DNA of 64,000 bases, from the NCBI GenBank assembly GCA_947632035.1, contig CANRNR010000005.1, forward strand, positions 10,017-74,016, given 5' to 3'. The position numbers were made by a program, and so were the translations under genes. Positions 1 to 10,246 of the stretch are shown here, piece by piece. Source of the stretch: an uncultured Clostridia bacterium (GTDB lineage: Bacteria; Bacillota; Clostridia; TANB77; CAG-508). Under the pieces are notes generated by a model. The model was not told the DNA's origin, ran no database searches, and was given only the letters and a program-made list of their open reading frames with translations. Position 1 is the first letter of the stretch, and each line of letters starts with the position of its first letter.

Positions 1-62
1 TATTATGGAAAATAAAGAAAGATTATATTAGGTTAAAAACAAAGAGAAAAGTTTCCATATAT

Positions 63-1010
63 ATGCTTATAATTTCATTTATATATTTAGCTATATACTT
101 TTATATGGGATTTATTCTAGACTTTTCAAAAAGCCCATATAGCCATAGCATAAGCTCAATAATTCAAAATGTAATAATACAAATAATACCAATTATAGGA
201 ATAGAAACAGTAAGGTGCATCATATCAATCAGAAACAAAAGTAATAAATTAGTATTAATATGTATAGCGATAATACTAGCGCTGATAGAAATAAAATATA
301 ATATATTGCTTGATCTGCTTTCAGATAAAGAAAAACTTTTTCAATATATATGTGAAATAGTAATACCAATTCTAAGTGGAAGTTTTCTATTTACTTATTT
401 AGCATCCAAAGGAGCATGGAAAGCATCTTTACTATGTAGAATTTTTAATAAATTAGTGCTTTTATTATTACCAATCCTTCCAAATGCAAATTGGTTTTTG
501 AATGGAACAATGTCTATAATTTCTCAGGTAATAATATATTTGCTATTTAAATATAGATTTTTTAAAAATAAAACTGAAATTAAAAACAGAAAGGAAAATA
601 TAACCACAAAAATTGTTTATACAATAATAATTGTTATCTGCATAACATTAGTAAGTTTTGTTATGGGTCTATTTAAATATGAGCCAATAGCTATTGCTTC
701 TAATAGTATGTATCCTAGCTTTATAAGAGGAGATGTAGTAATATTCAAAAAACTAAATGAAAGTGAGCTAAATAAAATTCCAGAAGGTAGCATAATTGTA
801 TATAGTGTGTCAAATCAAAATGTGGCTCATAGAGTTGTAAAAGTGATTGAAAAAGAAAATAAAGTTTTATATCAAACGAAGGGTGATAGTAATAATGTGC
901 CAGATATGCTTTTAGTAGAAAAAAGTCAGATTAAAGGTGTGTATGTGCTTTGCATTAAATATATAGGTTACCCATCTGTTTGGCTTTACGATTATTTCAA
1001 AAACAATTAG
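63..1010 (+). CDS. Signal peptidase I of the ER/archaeal (SipW-like) type, fused to a roughly 200-aa polytopic N-terminal extension
   Basis: C-terminal third carries SPase motifs ASNSMYPSF (Ser nucleophile region), GDVVIF, VAHRVVKV (His) and GDSN. The N-terminal 200 aa are multi-TM and lie in the same stop-free frame, which is unlikely by chance in AT-rich DNA. Confidence 0.6.
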   Translation: MLIISFIYLAIYFYMGFILDFSKSPYSHSISSIIQNVIIQIIPIIGIETVRCIISIRNKSNKLVLICIAIILALIEIKYNILLDLLSDKEKLFQYICEIVIPILSGSFLFTYLASKGAWKASLLCRIFNKLVLLLLPILPNANWFLNGTMSIISQVIIYLLFKYRFFKNKTEIKNRKENITTKIVYTIIIVICITLVSFVMGLFKYEPIAIASNSMYPSFIRGDVVIFKKLNESELNKIPEGSIIVYSVSNQNVAHRVVKVIEKENKVLYQTKGDSNNVPDMLLVEKSQIKGVYVLCIKYIGYPSVWLYDYFKNN

Positions 1011-1140
1011 AATTTTGAAAAGTAATTGTATGATTAACATAGAATTTAGAAAAGATTTTGTATAGTTAGCATACAATTAGAATTAAAAAAGATTTTGTAT
1101 GCTAACATAAAATTAAAATTTAGAAAGGATTTTGTATGAT
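1011..1140. repeat. Four imperfect tandem direct repeats of 35-37 bp, each containing AGAAAAGATTTTGTATG plus a short dyad (TATGCTAACATA-like). The last repeat overlaps the start codon of the downstream gene.
   Basis: Direct reading of the intergenic sequence. Units begin near 1011, 1046, 1083 and 1118. Confidence 0.7.
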
Positions 1141-2227
1141 AATGAAAAAAATTAATAAAAATAGCCTAATTATAGTAGTTATAATTATAATCATGATTAC
1201 AATAGGATGCTTTTTAATAAAAGTAGGTTTAGATATTGAAAAATTTATTTCTCCAATATATACTTATACTGCAAACAAAAATGATAATTATGAAGTATCA
1301 TTAAAAGGAAACGATTTCTATACAGAAAAAACTTTACCACAAGGAAGATACTATGCTTCCAAGTCAATCAAATCATTTAATGTAAATTTTAAATATGATT
1401 TTAAGTCAAATGAAGAAACTAATATCCAGTATAATTATAATATCGTGGCAAGTTTAATAGGAACAGTAAATGAGGATAATGAGAATAAAGAAATATGGAC
1501 AAGAAATTTTAATTTAAATAATGAAATAAGCAATAAAGGGGATATGAATGAATTTTCGATAGATGAGAATATAACTATTGATTATGATAAATATAATAGT
1601 TTAGCAAGATTATATGAAAAAACATATAATGTAAAAATAGATGCAGTTCTTAAAGTAAGATTAAATGTTTCATACAAAATAGACTTGGCAAAACTAGAAG
1701 GTATTATAGATAAAAAAATTGAAAATTCAGAATTGCAAAGCAGTATAGAAAACGAAACAGCTGAAGATTATATTGAATTAGACATACCTTTAACTAATAC
1801 TGTGACTGAAGCTAAACGAAATTATGAAGAAACTACTTTCAAAAATATTTTTGATGAAAGCAGTAATAGCATTATAAGAATTATTTTATATGTACTAGGC
1901 GGCTTATTTATATTATCTGCAATAGTAATAACTGCAATATATATAATAAGAAAAACAAATAAAACACCAGAAGAAATGTATAAATATAATATAAGACACA
2001 TTTTAAAATATTATAGTGACTTAATAGTAACAGTAACCAATGAACCTAATTTAGAAAATTTAAAGCTTATGACAATTGAAGTATTGGACGACTTAATTGA
2101 TGTAGCAGAACAAAACGAAAAAAACATTATTCATTATGAAATACCAGAAGTAGAAAAAAGTAATTTATATGTGATTGTAAATGGATATGTATACATTTAT
2201 ATTGTGGATGGCAATAAACTAAAATAA
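1136..2227 (+). CDS. Hypothetical membrane-anchored protein (N-terminal signal anchor, internal TM near residue 250, cytoplasmic tail)
   Basis: Long ORF with hydrophobic N-terminus MKKINKNSLIIVVIIIIMITIGCF and a second TM GGLFILSAIVITAIYII. No recognised catalytic motif. Sits downstream of the SipW-like gene. Confidence 0.5.
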   Translation: MIMKKINKNSLIIVVIIIIMITIGCFLIKVGLDIEKFISPIYTYTANKNDNYEVSLKGNDFYTEKTLPQGRYYASKSIKSFNVNFKYDFKSNEETNIQYNYNIVASLIGTVNEDNENKEIWTRNFNLNNEISNKGDMNEFSIDENITIDYDKYNSLARLYEKTYNVKIDAVLKVRLNVSYKIDLAKLEGIIDKKIENSELQSSIENETAEDYIELDIPLTNTVTEAKRNYEETTFKNIFDESSNSIIRIILYVLGGLFILSAIVITAIYIIRKTNKTPEEMYKYNIRHILKYYSDLIVTVTNEPNLENLKLMTIEVLDDLIDVAEQNEKNIIHYEIPEVEKSNLYVIVNGYVYIYIVDGNKLK

Positions 2228-2250
2228 GAAATACTGAAAGGAAGGGTATA

Positions 2251-3408
2251 ATGAAAAAGCCAGTTTTAATTATAGTTTTAATTTTATTAATTCTTACTAC
2301 TGGTGCATTACTAATATTAAATTTTAGTCAAAATAAAAACATTAATATTGGTACTATACGACCAATAGAAGTAAAGCAAACAATTTTGAAAGATAAGGGG
2401 ATTTTTAGTGAATATTATGAGGAAGCGGAAGAATTACTAAAAACTATGACTTTAGATGAAAAAATAGGACAGCTATTTTTAGTTAGATATCCAAGCGAAA
2501 ATCAAATAAGTATATTAAATAAATATAATTTTGGTGGATATTTATTCTTTGAAAAAGACTTTAAAGGAAAAACAAAAAGTCAAGTACAAGAAATGATAAA
2601 TAATGTTCAAGAGGTTTCAAAAATACCATTGCTTACAGCGGTTGATGAAGAAGGCGGAATAGTTGTAAGGGTAAGCAGTAACAGCAATCTTGCAAAAGAA
2701 AAATTTAAATCTCCGATGGAACTATATAAAAAAGGTGGAATTAAAAAAATTGAAGAAGATGTGAAAGAAAAGAGTAAAGTTTTAAGCAGTCTAGGAATAA
2801 ATTTAAATTTAGCACCAGTTGTTGATGTATCAACAAATTCGAGTGACTTTATGTATAAAAGAACATTAGGAGAGAATACTACTATTACATCTACTTATGC
2901 AAAATCTGTTATTAATACAAGTAAAGGATTAGGGGTATCATATACACTAAAACATTTTCCGGGCTATGGAAATAATATAGACACACATACATCTACTTCT
3001 GTTGATAAAAGAACATATGAAAGCATTTTAGAAAATGACATTCCACCATTTGAAGCTGGAATTGAAGCTGGTGCAGAAGCTATTTTAGTAAGTCACAATG
3101 TTGTAACATGTATGGATAAAGAAAATCCGGCTTCTCTTTCTCCAGCAATACATAAGTTATTAAGATATGACCTATCGTTTACTGGCATAATAATAACAGA
3201 CGATTTAGCAATGGCAGCAGTATCTTCAGATGAAGATGCAACTGTAAAAGCAGTACTTGCCGGAAACAATTTAATGATTACAACTGATTATAAACAAAGT
3301 ATAAATTCTTTAAAAAAAGCTATTGAAGAAGAAATATTGACTGAAGAAAAAATAGATGAATTAGTAGAACGTATACTAGCTTGGAAGTATTACAAAAAAT
3401 TAATTTAG
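2251..3408 (+). CDS. Glycoside hydrolase family 3 N-terminal-domain protein (beta-N-acetylhexosaminidase NagZ-like), membrane or lipid anchored
   Basis: Motifs LTAVDEEGGIVVRV, KHFPGYGN..DTH and IITDDLAMAA are typical of GH3 NagZ-type enzymes. Hydrophobic N-terminus. Confidence 0.65.
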   Translation: MKKPVLIIVLILLILTTGALLILNFSQNKNINIGTIRPIEVKQTILKDKGIFSEYYEEAEELLKTMTLDEKIGQLFLVRYPSENQISILNKYNFGGYLFFEKDFKGKTKSQVQEMINNVQEVSKIPLLTAVDEEGGIVVRVSSNSNLAKEKFKSPMELYKKGGIKKIEEDVKEKSKVLSSLGINLNLAPVVDVSTNSSDFMYKRTLGENTTITSTYAKSVINTSKGLGVSYTLKHFPGYGNNIDTHTSTSVDKRTYESILENDIPPFEAGIEAGAEAILVSHNVVTCMDKENPASLSPAIHKLLRYDLSFTGIIITDDLAMAAVSSDEDATVKAVLAGNNLMITTDYKQSINSLKKAIEEEILTEEKIDELVERILAWKYYKKLI

Positions 3409-3605
3409 ATATTAAAGTTAAAAAATTATATACTTGGTATTTAAATAATGGATAATTTATAGGAGAGTGTGGCAGATGTTTGATAAATCTATACAAACTT
3501 TATGTAAATTTGACAAATATACTGTACTTTTTACCAAAGTTATGATACAATATTATACGTGATATTTTTATTATAATTATTTTTATGAAGGAGAGATAAG
3601 TATTT

Positions 3606-4514
3606 ATGTATACTACAAAAAGTAGCATAATACTTAAGATAACTGCTAGCATAATGGTTTTATTTACTCTTTCAATCATTATCACTAGTAAATTTAATAT
3701 ACAAGAGAACCTTCAAGAATATACAGTAGAAGAAAATAAAATAGCATGTACAAAGCAAGAAATACTATTAGATGAAACTTTGAAAGATAAGGAAGCAGAT
3801 AATATGAATAAGAAAAATACAGAAAAAGAAGTTGCAAGTAGAGACACAGCTTCAAGAACTGTAGTACAAGAAGCAAAATTAAATCAATCAGAGGGTGCAA
3901 CTAAACAAGAAAATCAAGCAGAATATAAAACAGAACAAGGAAATCAAGCAAATACTAAAAGTCAAGAAGCAAAACAAAATCAAGTAAGTAGTAAAAACGA
4001 AGTGACAAAACAAACTCAAACGAATAAAAAAAATGAAGAAACAAGCAAAAATCAGGTAAGTAGCAAAAACGAAGAAACACAAAATAGCAAAACAAATAAT
4101 AATACTATAGTTGAAAAACAATATAAAGGTTTTGAAACAGTTGGTAAAATTGAAATACAAAAAACAGGACTTAATTTACCTATATTAAGTCAAGTTACAG
4201 TACAAGGAATGGAAGTAGCTCCTTGCTTATTATATTCAAAAGGACAAATTAATCAAAGTGGAAATACTGTAATAGTAGGTCATAATTATAACAATATTTT
4301 TTCTAAAAATAAAAATTTAGAAAAGGGAGATAAAATTTCAATTACAACTCTAGATGGGCAAAAAGTAACATATACTATTTATAGTAAATTTCGTACTACA
4401 CCAGATGAAGTTGATTATCTTGTAAGAAAAATAGGAGACAAGCCAGAAATAACTTTATCTACTTGTACAGAAAGTGACAAATATAGACTTGTTATTCTAG
4501 CGGTTGCTGATTAA
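3606..4514 (+). CDS. Sortase family transpeptidase with N-terminal TM and a long K/Q/N/S-rich repetitive linker
   Basis: C-terminal catalytic region VIVGHNY...ITLSTC carries His and the TLxTC Cys motif. The linker contains tandem ETSKNQVSSKNEE repeats. Confidence 0.75.
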   Translation: MYTTKSSIILKITASIMVLFTLSIIITSKFNIQENLQEYTVEENKIACTKQEILLDETLKDKEADNMNKKNTEKEVASRDTASRTVVQEAKLNQSEGATKQENQAEYKTEQGNQANTKSQEAKQNQVSSKNEVTKQTQTNKKNEETSKNQVSSKNEETQNSKTNNNTIVEKQYKGFETVGKIEIQKTGLNLPILSQVTVQGMEVAPCLLYSKGQINQSGNTVIVGHNYNNIFSKNKNLEKGDKISITTLDGQKVTYTIYSKFRTTPDEVDYLVRKIGDKPEITLSTCTESDKYRLVILAVAD

Positions 4515-4580
4515 AATACTTATATAAAAATTGTAAAGCTTGAACATATATAAATAAAAAAGCAAACATAGGAGGAAAAT

Positions 4581-5486
4581 ATGGGTTTTTTTGATAAATT
4601 AAAACAAGGTTTAAATAAAACAAAAAATTCATTTGATGAAAAAATTAATAATGTATTTAGTAATTTCAGAAAAGTTGATGAAGAATTATTAGAAGAATTA
4701 GAAGAAGTTTTAATAATGTCTGATGTAGGAGTAGAAACATCAACTAAAATAATTGGAAACTTACGTGAAAAGATAAAAAGAGAAAAAATCGAAGATGAAG
4801 ATGGTGTAAAAAATGCTTTAAGAGATGAAATAAAAGCAATTTTAGATGAAGTAGATAATGGACTAAAATTAGAAACTCATCCAGCAGTTATTTTAGTAGT
4901 AGGTGTTAATGGAGTTGGGAAAACTACATCAATTGGAAAAATAGCAAATAGATTAAAGAAAGATGGAAAAAAAGTTGTAATTGCAGCAGCTGATACATTT
5001 AGAGCAGCAGCAGTAGAACAATTAGAAGTTTGGGCAAATCGTGCAGGTTGCCAAATGGTAAAGAAAGAGGAAGGCTCAGACCCTGCATCAGTAGTGTATG
5101 AAGCAATTCAAATAACAAAAAATGAAAATGCAGATGTTCTAATTTGTGATACAGCAGGAAGATTGCATAACAAAAAATATTTGATGGACGAGTTAGTAAA
5201 AATAAAAAAAGTAATAGATAAAGAATTACCAAATGCTTCAAAAGAAGTACTTATGGTATTAGATGCAACAACAGGACAAAATGCAATTCCACAAGTAAAG
5301 GCTTTTAAAGAAACTGTTGATATAAATGGACTAATATTAACAAAATTAGATGGAACAGCAAAGGGTGGAGTTGTAATTGGAATCGTAGCTGAAAATAAGA
5401 TGCCTGTTAAATTTGTGGGTGTAGGAGAACAAATTGATGACATGGAAATTTTCAACAGTACCGATTTTGTAAATGCACTAATTTAA
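4581..5486 (+). CDS. ftsY: Signal recognition particle receptor FtsY
   Basis: SRP GTPase motifs GVNGVGKTTSIGK, DTAGR and TKLDG. The 301-aa size fits a Firmicute FtsY. Confidence 0.85.
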   Translation: MGFFDKLKQGLNKTKNSFDEKINNVFSNFRKVDEELLEELEEVLIMSDVGVETSTKIIGNLREKIKREKIEDEDGVKNALRDEIKAILDEVDNGLKLETHPAVILVVGVNGVGKTTSIGKIANRLKKDGKKVVIAAADTFRAAAVEQLEVWANRAGCQMVKKEEGSDPASVVYEAIQITKNENADVLICDTAGRLHNKKYLMDELVKIKKVIDKELPNASKEVLMVLDATTGQNAIPQVKAFKETVDINGLILTKLDGTAKGGVVIGIVAENKMPVKFVGVGEQIDDMEIFNSTDFVNALI

Positions 5487-5620
5487 AATAATATTTAATA
5501 GTAATAAAAAGAAAATTATACTAATGAGTGAACACAAATTGTGGGGAAAATACTTTAGATAAAAATATAAATTTATATAAAAAGGAAGGAGAAAGTACGA
5601 AATAAATCGTACAACTAAAA

Positions 5621-8446
5621 ATGGAAAAAACAGAACCACAAAATGCACTTGTAAAAGTAGAAGTTAAAAAGCGTAAATTAAGAAAATGGATTGTTTTAGC
5701 ATTTTTTGTAATTGCTATAATTGTCTCATATGTTACTTATAGAGGAAATTATTTAGAAACTCTTGAATTAGGAGAACAGTATTTAAGTATTTTTTGGAAA
5801 AACATATTTTATCAATTTGGTACGTTTATATCAAACTTCATAATTCTATTTTTACTTATTTACATTACTAATAAAAGAATAAAAAAAGGATTAGTACCAT
5901 TTTTTGAAGAAGAAAAAAAGAAAATACCTAAAATGCCAAACAAATCAATAGCATTTATAGTTTCATTATTAGTTAGTTTCTTTGTTACTAACATAATGCT
6001 AAAAAAATTAATGCTATGTTTAAATATGGCTGCATTTGAAATTACCGATCCAGTAATAGGATTAGATATAGGATATTTTGTTTTTATACAACCATTTTTG
6101 CAATTTTTATTACGCTATCTACTATTTATTGTAGTTGGCTTAACTATATATGGGGCTTTTTATTATATTGCAGTTTTCAATTTTTTATTAGATGGAGTTA
6201 GTAGAGAAACTTTAAAGAAAAGTAAACTATTAAATCAACTTTGCAATAATATTATTGTAATAGCAATTCTTATTGCAATAACAATTTTTGTAGAAACATT
6301 TAATGTTGGACTTCAAAAATTTATAAATTTAGGAAGTTATGCTATTTGGGGAGCTGGAATATCAGAAGTAACAGTAAAATTATGGGGATATAGAATTTTA
6401 TCAGTAATTATTGTAGTTTCAGTTATATTAGCAGTTCACAGATTAAAAAAAGGAGATACAAAGAGAATACTTACAGCTTTAGCGATAGTGCCAGCATTTT
6501 TAATTTTAATGCTTGTGTCTTTAATAGGCTTTAATCTTATATTTATAAATTCAAACGAATTAGATAAACAGCAAGATTATATAAAGGCTAACATACAGTC
6601 TACAAAGCAGGCATATGGAATAGATATAGATGAAGTATCTTTATCAGAAAATGAAACAATAACAAAAGAAACACTAAATAAAAATATTAATATTATAAAT
6701 AATATTAATATAACAAATAAAGATATTGTATTAAATAATTTAAATACTTCACAAACCAATAAAGGATATTATACTTATGGAACAACACAAGTTAGTGTAA
6801 AAGATATAGATGGAAATCCTAGTTTAGTATATATTACACCAAGAGAAATTACAGATTCAGCTGGAACATATAATAATAAGACATATCAATATACACATGG
6901 ATTTGGAGTTGTTATAACATCAGCTAGTAAAGTAGATGAAAATGGAGCATTAATACATCTACAAAAAGGTTTTGAAACTGCTGAAAATGATGTAATTACT
7001 ATTAGTGAACCACGAATATATTTTGGTTTAGAAACAAATGATACTGTTGTAACTAATAGTAAAGGAAAAAAGGAATTTGATTATCCAATAATAGATTCAG
7101 CAACGGCAGAAAATGCCGAAAATATATATCAAGGACAAGCAGGACTTAGTTTAAACTTTTTCGATAGACTTGTATTGGCAATAAAAGAAAATGACTTAAA
7201 ACTTGCATTATCTGGAAATGTAAATTCAAATAGTAAAATATTAATAAATAGAAACATAATAGAAAGAGCAAAGACTCTAATGCCATATATTTTATATGAC
7301 GAAAATCCTTATTTAGTGACAACAAAAGAAAATAGGTTAGTATGGGTATTAGATGGATATACTATAACAGAATGTTATCCATATTCACAAAGATTAACGT
7401 TAGAAACTGATAATGTATTAAATAAGATAGATATAAGTTACATCAGAAACTCCGTAAAAGTTTTAATTGATGCATATGATGGAACTATAAATTATTACAT
7501 TACTGATAAAAACGATCCAATAATTTCAGCATACCAAAAAATCTATCCAGATTTATTTATTGATGACGTAAATGCTATTCCAGAAGAAATAAAAGAGCAA
7601 TTTATATATCCAGAATTTTTATATAGTATTCAAGCTGAAATTTTAGAAAGATATCATAATGTACAAACTGATGTATTATATAGACAAGACGATATATGGA
7701 AAATTGCTACACATAATACAAGTAAAGTATTGTCAAAGATAGGAACAGAAATTACACCATATTATGCTATGGTAAAAACAGTAAATAATGAAAATTGGAC
7801 ATTAGGTTTAGTTTTACCATATACCCAAAATGATAAGCAAAACTTAATATCATATTTAGTAGGTTCGTATGAAAATGGGCAGTCAAAATTAACAATTTAT
7901 AAATATCAAGCAGATAGTGATATAGCAGGACCAATGCAAATAGATACACAATTAGAACAAGATGAAAGAATTTCAGAAGAAATAGAAGAACTTAATGCAT
8001 TAGGAACTAAAATTAGTAAAGATATGATAGTAATTCCAATTGATAATTCTCTACTTTATATAGAACCAATATATCAACAATATGTAAATGATGAAAAAGC
8101 AACTCCAGTACTTAAAAAAATAGTTGTAGCTTCAGGAAAAAAGGTAGCTATTGGAGATACATTAGAAGAAGCTTTGAATAATTTAGTATCACAGAATGCA
8201 GTTGATATTGAAATAGAAAATACCGATGACATAGAAGGAATATTAGATGCAATAATTAAAGCAAATCAAAACTTAAAACAATCTAATAAAAACAATAATT
8301 GGGAAATGGCAGGAAAAGATATGTCAAAGCTCCAAGAGTTAATAACAAAGCTTGAGAAATTGATTAAAGAACAAGAAAAGGGAGACAATAAAGGAAATAA
8401 TATAAAAAATTCAACCAATATTTACAATACAGATAATAATCAATAA
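5621..8446 (+). CDS. Large membrane protein: N-terminal multi-TM domain plus an extracytoplasmic domain of about 600 aa, UPF0182-like
   Basis: 941 aa with 6-7 N-terminal TM segments followed by a large soluble domain. The size and architecture resemble the UPF0182 family of Clostridia and Actinobacteria. Assigned on architecture only. Confidence 0.45.
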   Translation: MEKTEPQNALVKVEVKKRKLRKWIVLAFFVIAIIVSYVTYRGNYLETLELGEQYLSIFWKNIFYQFGTFISNFIILFLLIYITNKRIKKGLVPFFEEEKKKIPKMPNKSIAFIVSLLVSFFVTNIMLKKLMLCLNMAAFEITDPVIGLDIGYFVFIQPFLQFLLRYLLFIVVGLTIYGAFYYIAVFNFLLDGVSRETLKKSKLLNQLCNNIIVIAILIAITIFVETFNVGLQKFINLGSYAIWGAGISEVTVKLWGYRILSVIIVVSVILAVHRLKKGDTKRILTALAIVPAFLILMLVSLIGFNLIFINSNELDKQQDYIKANIQSTKQAYGIDIDEVSLSENETITKETLNKNINIINNINITNKDIVLNNLNTSQTNKGYYTYGTTQVSVKDIDGNPSLVYITPREITDSAGTYNNKTYQYTHGFGVVITSASKVDENGALIHLQKGFETAENDVITISEPRIYFGLETNDTVVTNSKGKKEFDYPIIDSATAENAENIYQGQAGLSLNFFDRLVLAIKENDLKLALSGNVNSNSKILINRNIIERAKTLMPYILYDENPYLVTTKENRLVWVLDGYTITECYPYSQRLTLETDNVLNKIDISYIRNSVKVLIDAYDGTINYYITDKNDPIISAYQKIYPDLFIDDVNAIPEEIKEQFIYPEFLYSIQAEILERYHNVQTDVLYRQDDIWKIATHNTSKVLSKIGTEITPYYAMVKTVNNENWTLGLVLPYTQNDKQNLISYLVGSYENGQSKLTIYKYQADSDIAGPMQIDTQLEQDERISEEIEELNALGTKISKDMIVIPIDNSLLYIEPIYQQYVNDEKATPVLKKIVVASGKKVAIGDTLEEALNNLVSQNAVDIEIENTDDIEGILDAIIKANQNLKQSNKNNNWEMAGKDMSKLQELITKLEKLIKEQEKGDNKGNNIKNSTNIYNTDNNQ

Positions 8447-8508
8447 AAACAAATTTATAAAATATTAATATAATGTATTGACAAATAAGGTTAATGAATA
8501 ATAAAATA

Positions 8509-8552
8509 TAAATGTATTCAAATATGGTTTCGAATGCATTTATATTTTTTTA
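8509..8552 (+). terminator. Rho-independent terminator after the large membrane protein gene
   Basis: Hairpin AAATGTATTCAAA...TTCGAATGCATTT followed by a T-run. Confidence 0.5.
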
Positions 8553-8600
8553 TTTTGAGTAAGATACATAAGAGAATTAAATGGAGGAACAGAGGAAAAA

Positions 8601-9056
8601 ATGAATCAGAATAATGTGAAAGGTATAACTTTAATTGCATTAGTAGTTACAATAGTAATACTTTTGATATTAGCGGCAATAAGTATAAATGTAATAATAG
8701 GAGAAGATGGAATTATAAATCAAACAAAATTAACAAAAGTAAAACAGAATCATGCAGAAGTAAGTGATCAAATACAAGTAATTGCAGCAGACTATTATGG
8801 AAAAAGAGTAATGGAACAAGAAGAAGGGTTAATAGATTATCTTAAAAATAAAGAAATAATAGATGATAATAAGGTAATAAATGTTGAAAAACTATTAAGC
8901 ATGGAATTATCAACAGGAAATGGAACCAACAAAAAGGATACATATGTACTTGAAAAAGTAGAAAATGAAGATGAAGCAATTGAAGAAATTTATGATATAA
9001 TATATTACGATGAAAATGGAAGACCAGAAAAAATAGGAAATTTAAAAGATATGTAA
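8601..9056 (+). CDS. Small secreted or membrane protein with a pilin-like hydrophobic N-terminus (degenerate prepilin-type signal)
   Basis: N-terminus MNQNNVKGITLIALVVTIVILLILAAI resembles class III (prepilin) leaders but lacks the Glu at +5. Confidence 0.3.
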   Translation: MNQNNVKGITLIALVVTIVILLILAAISINVIIGEDGIINQTKLTKVKQNHAEVSDQIQVIAADYYGKRVMEQEEGLIDYLKNKEIIDDNKVINVEKLLSMELSTGNGTNKKDTYVLEKVENEDEAIEEIYDIIYYDENGRPEKIGNLKDM

Positions 9057-9150
9057 AGATTAAATTATTTACTTGGTTTATAAATAATTTGTACACACTT
9101 TAAATTATATGAAATTGATTATATAAAATATGTATAAAACTAAAAAAAAT

Positions 9151-9180
9151 CTCCACTCTAATAAAGAGTGGAGGTTTTTA
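9151..9180 (+). terminator. Rho-independent terminator (CTCCACTCTAATAAAGAGTGGAG plus T-run). Its 3' arm also supplies the GGAGG SD for the next ORF.
   Basis: Perfect 8-bp stem and T-run seen directly. Confidence 0.6.
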
Positions 9181-9467
9181 TGTTTAAGAAAAACAAATTA
9201 GAAAAAGCATTATTAAAAAATTTAGAGCAAATAAATAATACATTAACAAAAAATAATATATTAGAATTTACAGAATTATTAGGCAATAAAAAACAATTAC
9301 TAATAAGAAACTTCATGACAGGAATTTCAAAAGGTATAGGGATAGGAATTGGATTTACTATTTTAACTGCAATTTTAGTAATAATACTTCAAAAAATTGT
9401 AACCTTGAATATCCCAGTTATAGGAGATTACATTGCAGATATTATAGAAATTGTAAGAAATAGATAA
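9180..9467 (+). CDS. Small hypothetical membrane protein
   Basis: ORF with GGAGG SD. One TM segment GIGIGIGFTILTAILVIIL. Confidence 0.4.
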   Translation: MFKKNKLEKALLKNLEQINNTLTKNNILEFTELLGNKKQLLIRNFMTGISKGIGIGIGFTILTAILVIILQKIVTLNIPVIGDYIADIIEIVRNR

Positions 9468-9644
9468 TAAATTTAATTAATAATTTTGAAATTTAAATGT
9501 AAAATTTTTATTAGTTTAAATTAATAAAATAAAAAATCTTTAATTACTATTTATTTTTTTTCAAACTTTATATATAATGTAACAAACAATAATATAATTA
9601 AACGTATTGTAAAATAATAAGAATAATATAAAGGTGGAAAAATA

Positions 9645-10244
9645 ATGAATTTAGCAAACAAATTAACTATTTTAAGAATTCTTTTAGTACCAATTATGGT
9701 CATAACCTCATTTATAAACATAGAAGGAGAAATCTGGGGAATACCAATCACATACATAATAATAGATGTTATATTCATAATTGCTGCAATAACAGATAAG
9801 TTAGATGGATATATAGCAAGGTCTAGAAATCAAATTACTACATTTGGAAAGTTTTTAGATCCAATAGCAGACAAAATAGTAGTGATAACTGCAATGATTA
9901 TGCTTGTAGAATTTAATCATTTACCAGCATGGATTCCAATTATAGTTATATTTAGAGAATTTGTGGTATCAGGTTATCGTTTAATTGTAGTAGAGAAAAA
10001 TGGAAAAGTAATTCCTGCAAATGTGTGGGGAAAATTAAAAACTGTAACTCAAATGGTAGCAATAATTCTTGCATTTATTGATCCAAATGCCTATGGAGCA
10101 ATATTTGATGGCAATTTAATTGGCTATGAATTTGTTATTAATTTATTAGTTACTATAACAATGAGTGTTTCAGTAGTTGCAACAATATTTTCAGGTTGGG
10201 AATATATAAAAGGTGGAAAAGATTTATTTAAAGATTCAATATAA
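9645..10244 (+). CDS. pgsA: CDP-diacylglycerol--glycerol-3-phosphate 3-phosphatidyltransferase
   Basis: CDP-alcohol phosphatidyltransferase motif DKLDGYIAR...G...DPIADK. N-terminus LTILRILLVPI is typical of PgsA. Confidence 0.8.
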   Translation: MNLANKLTILRILLVPIMVITSFINIEGEIWGIPITYIIIDVIFIIAAITDKLDGYIARSRNQITTFGKFLDPIADKIVVITAMIMLVEFNHLPAWIPIIVIFREFVVSGYRLIVVEKNGKVIPANVWGKLKTVTQMVAIILAFIDPNAYGAIFDGNLIGYEFVINLLVTITMSVSVVATIFSGWEYIKGGKDLFKDSI

Positions 10245-10246
10245 AT

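Noticed and set aside
3694-4160. Minus-strand ORFs 3694-3900 and 3888-4160 opposite the sortase gene
   Set aside because: They lie antisense to a well-supported CDS. Their translations are Leu/Phe/Ile-rich low-complexity sequence typical of spurious frames in AT-rich DNA. There is no RBS.
4999-5455. Minus-strand ORFs inside ftsY
   Set aside because: They are antisense to a conserved gene and have no motifs or RBS.
8601-9056. A type IV pilus or competence pseudopilin operon
   Set aside because: There is only one pilin-like ORF. It lacks the conserved Glu+5. No PilB/PilC/PilD or ComG partners are nearby. It is kept only as a low-confidence pilin-like call.
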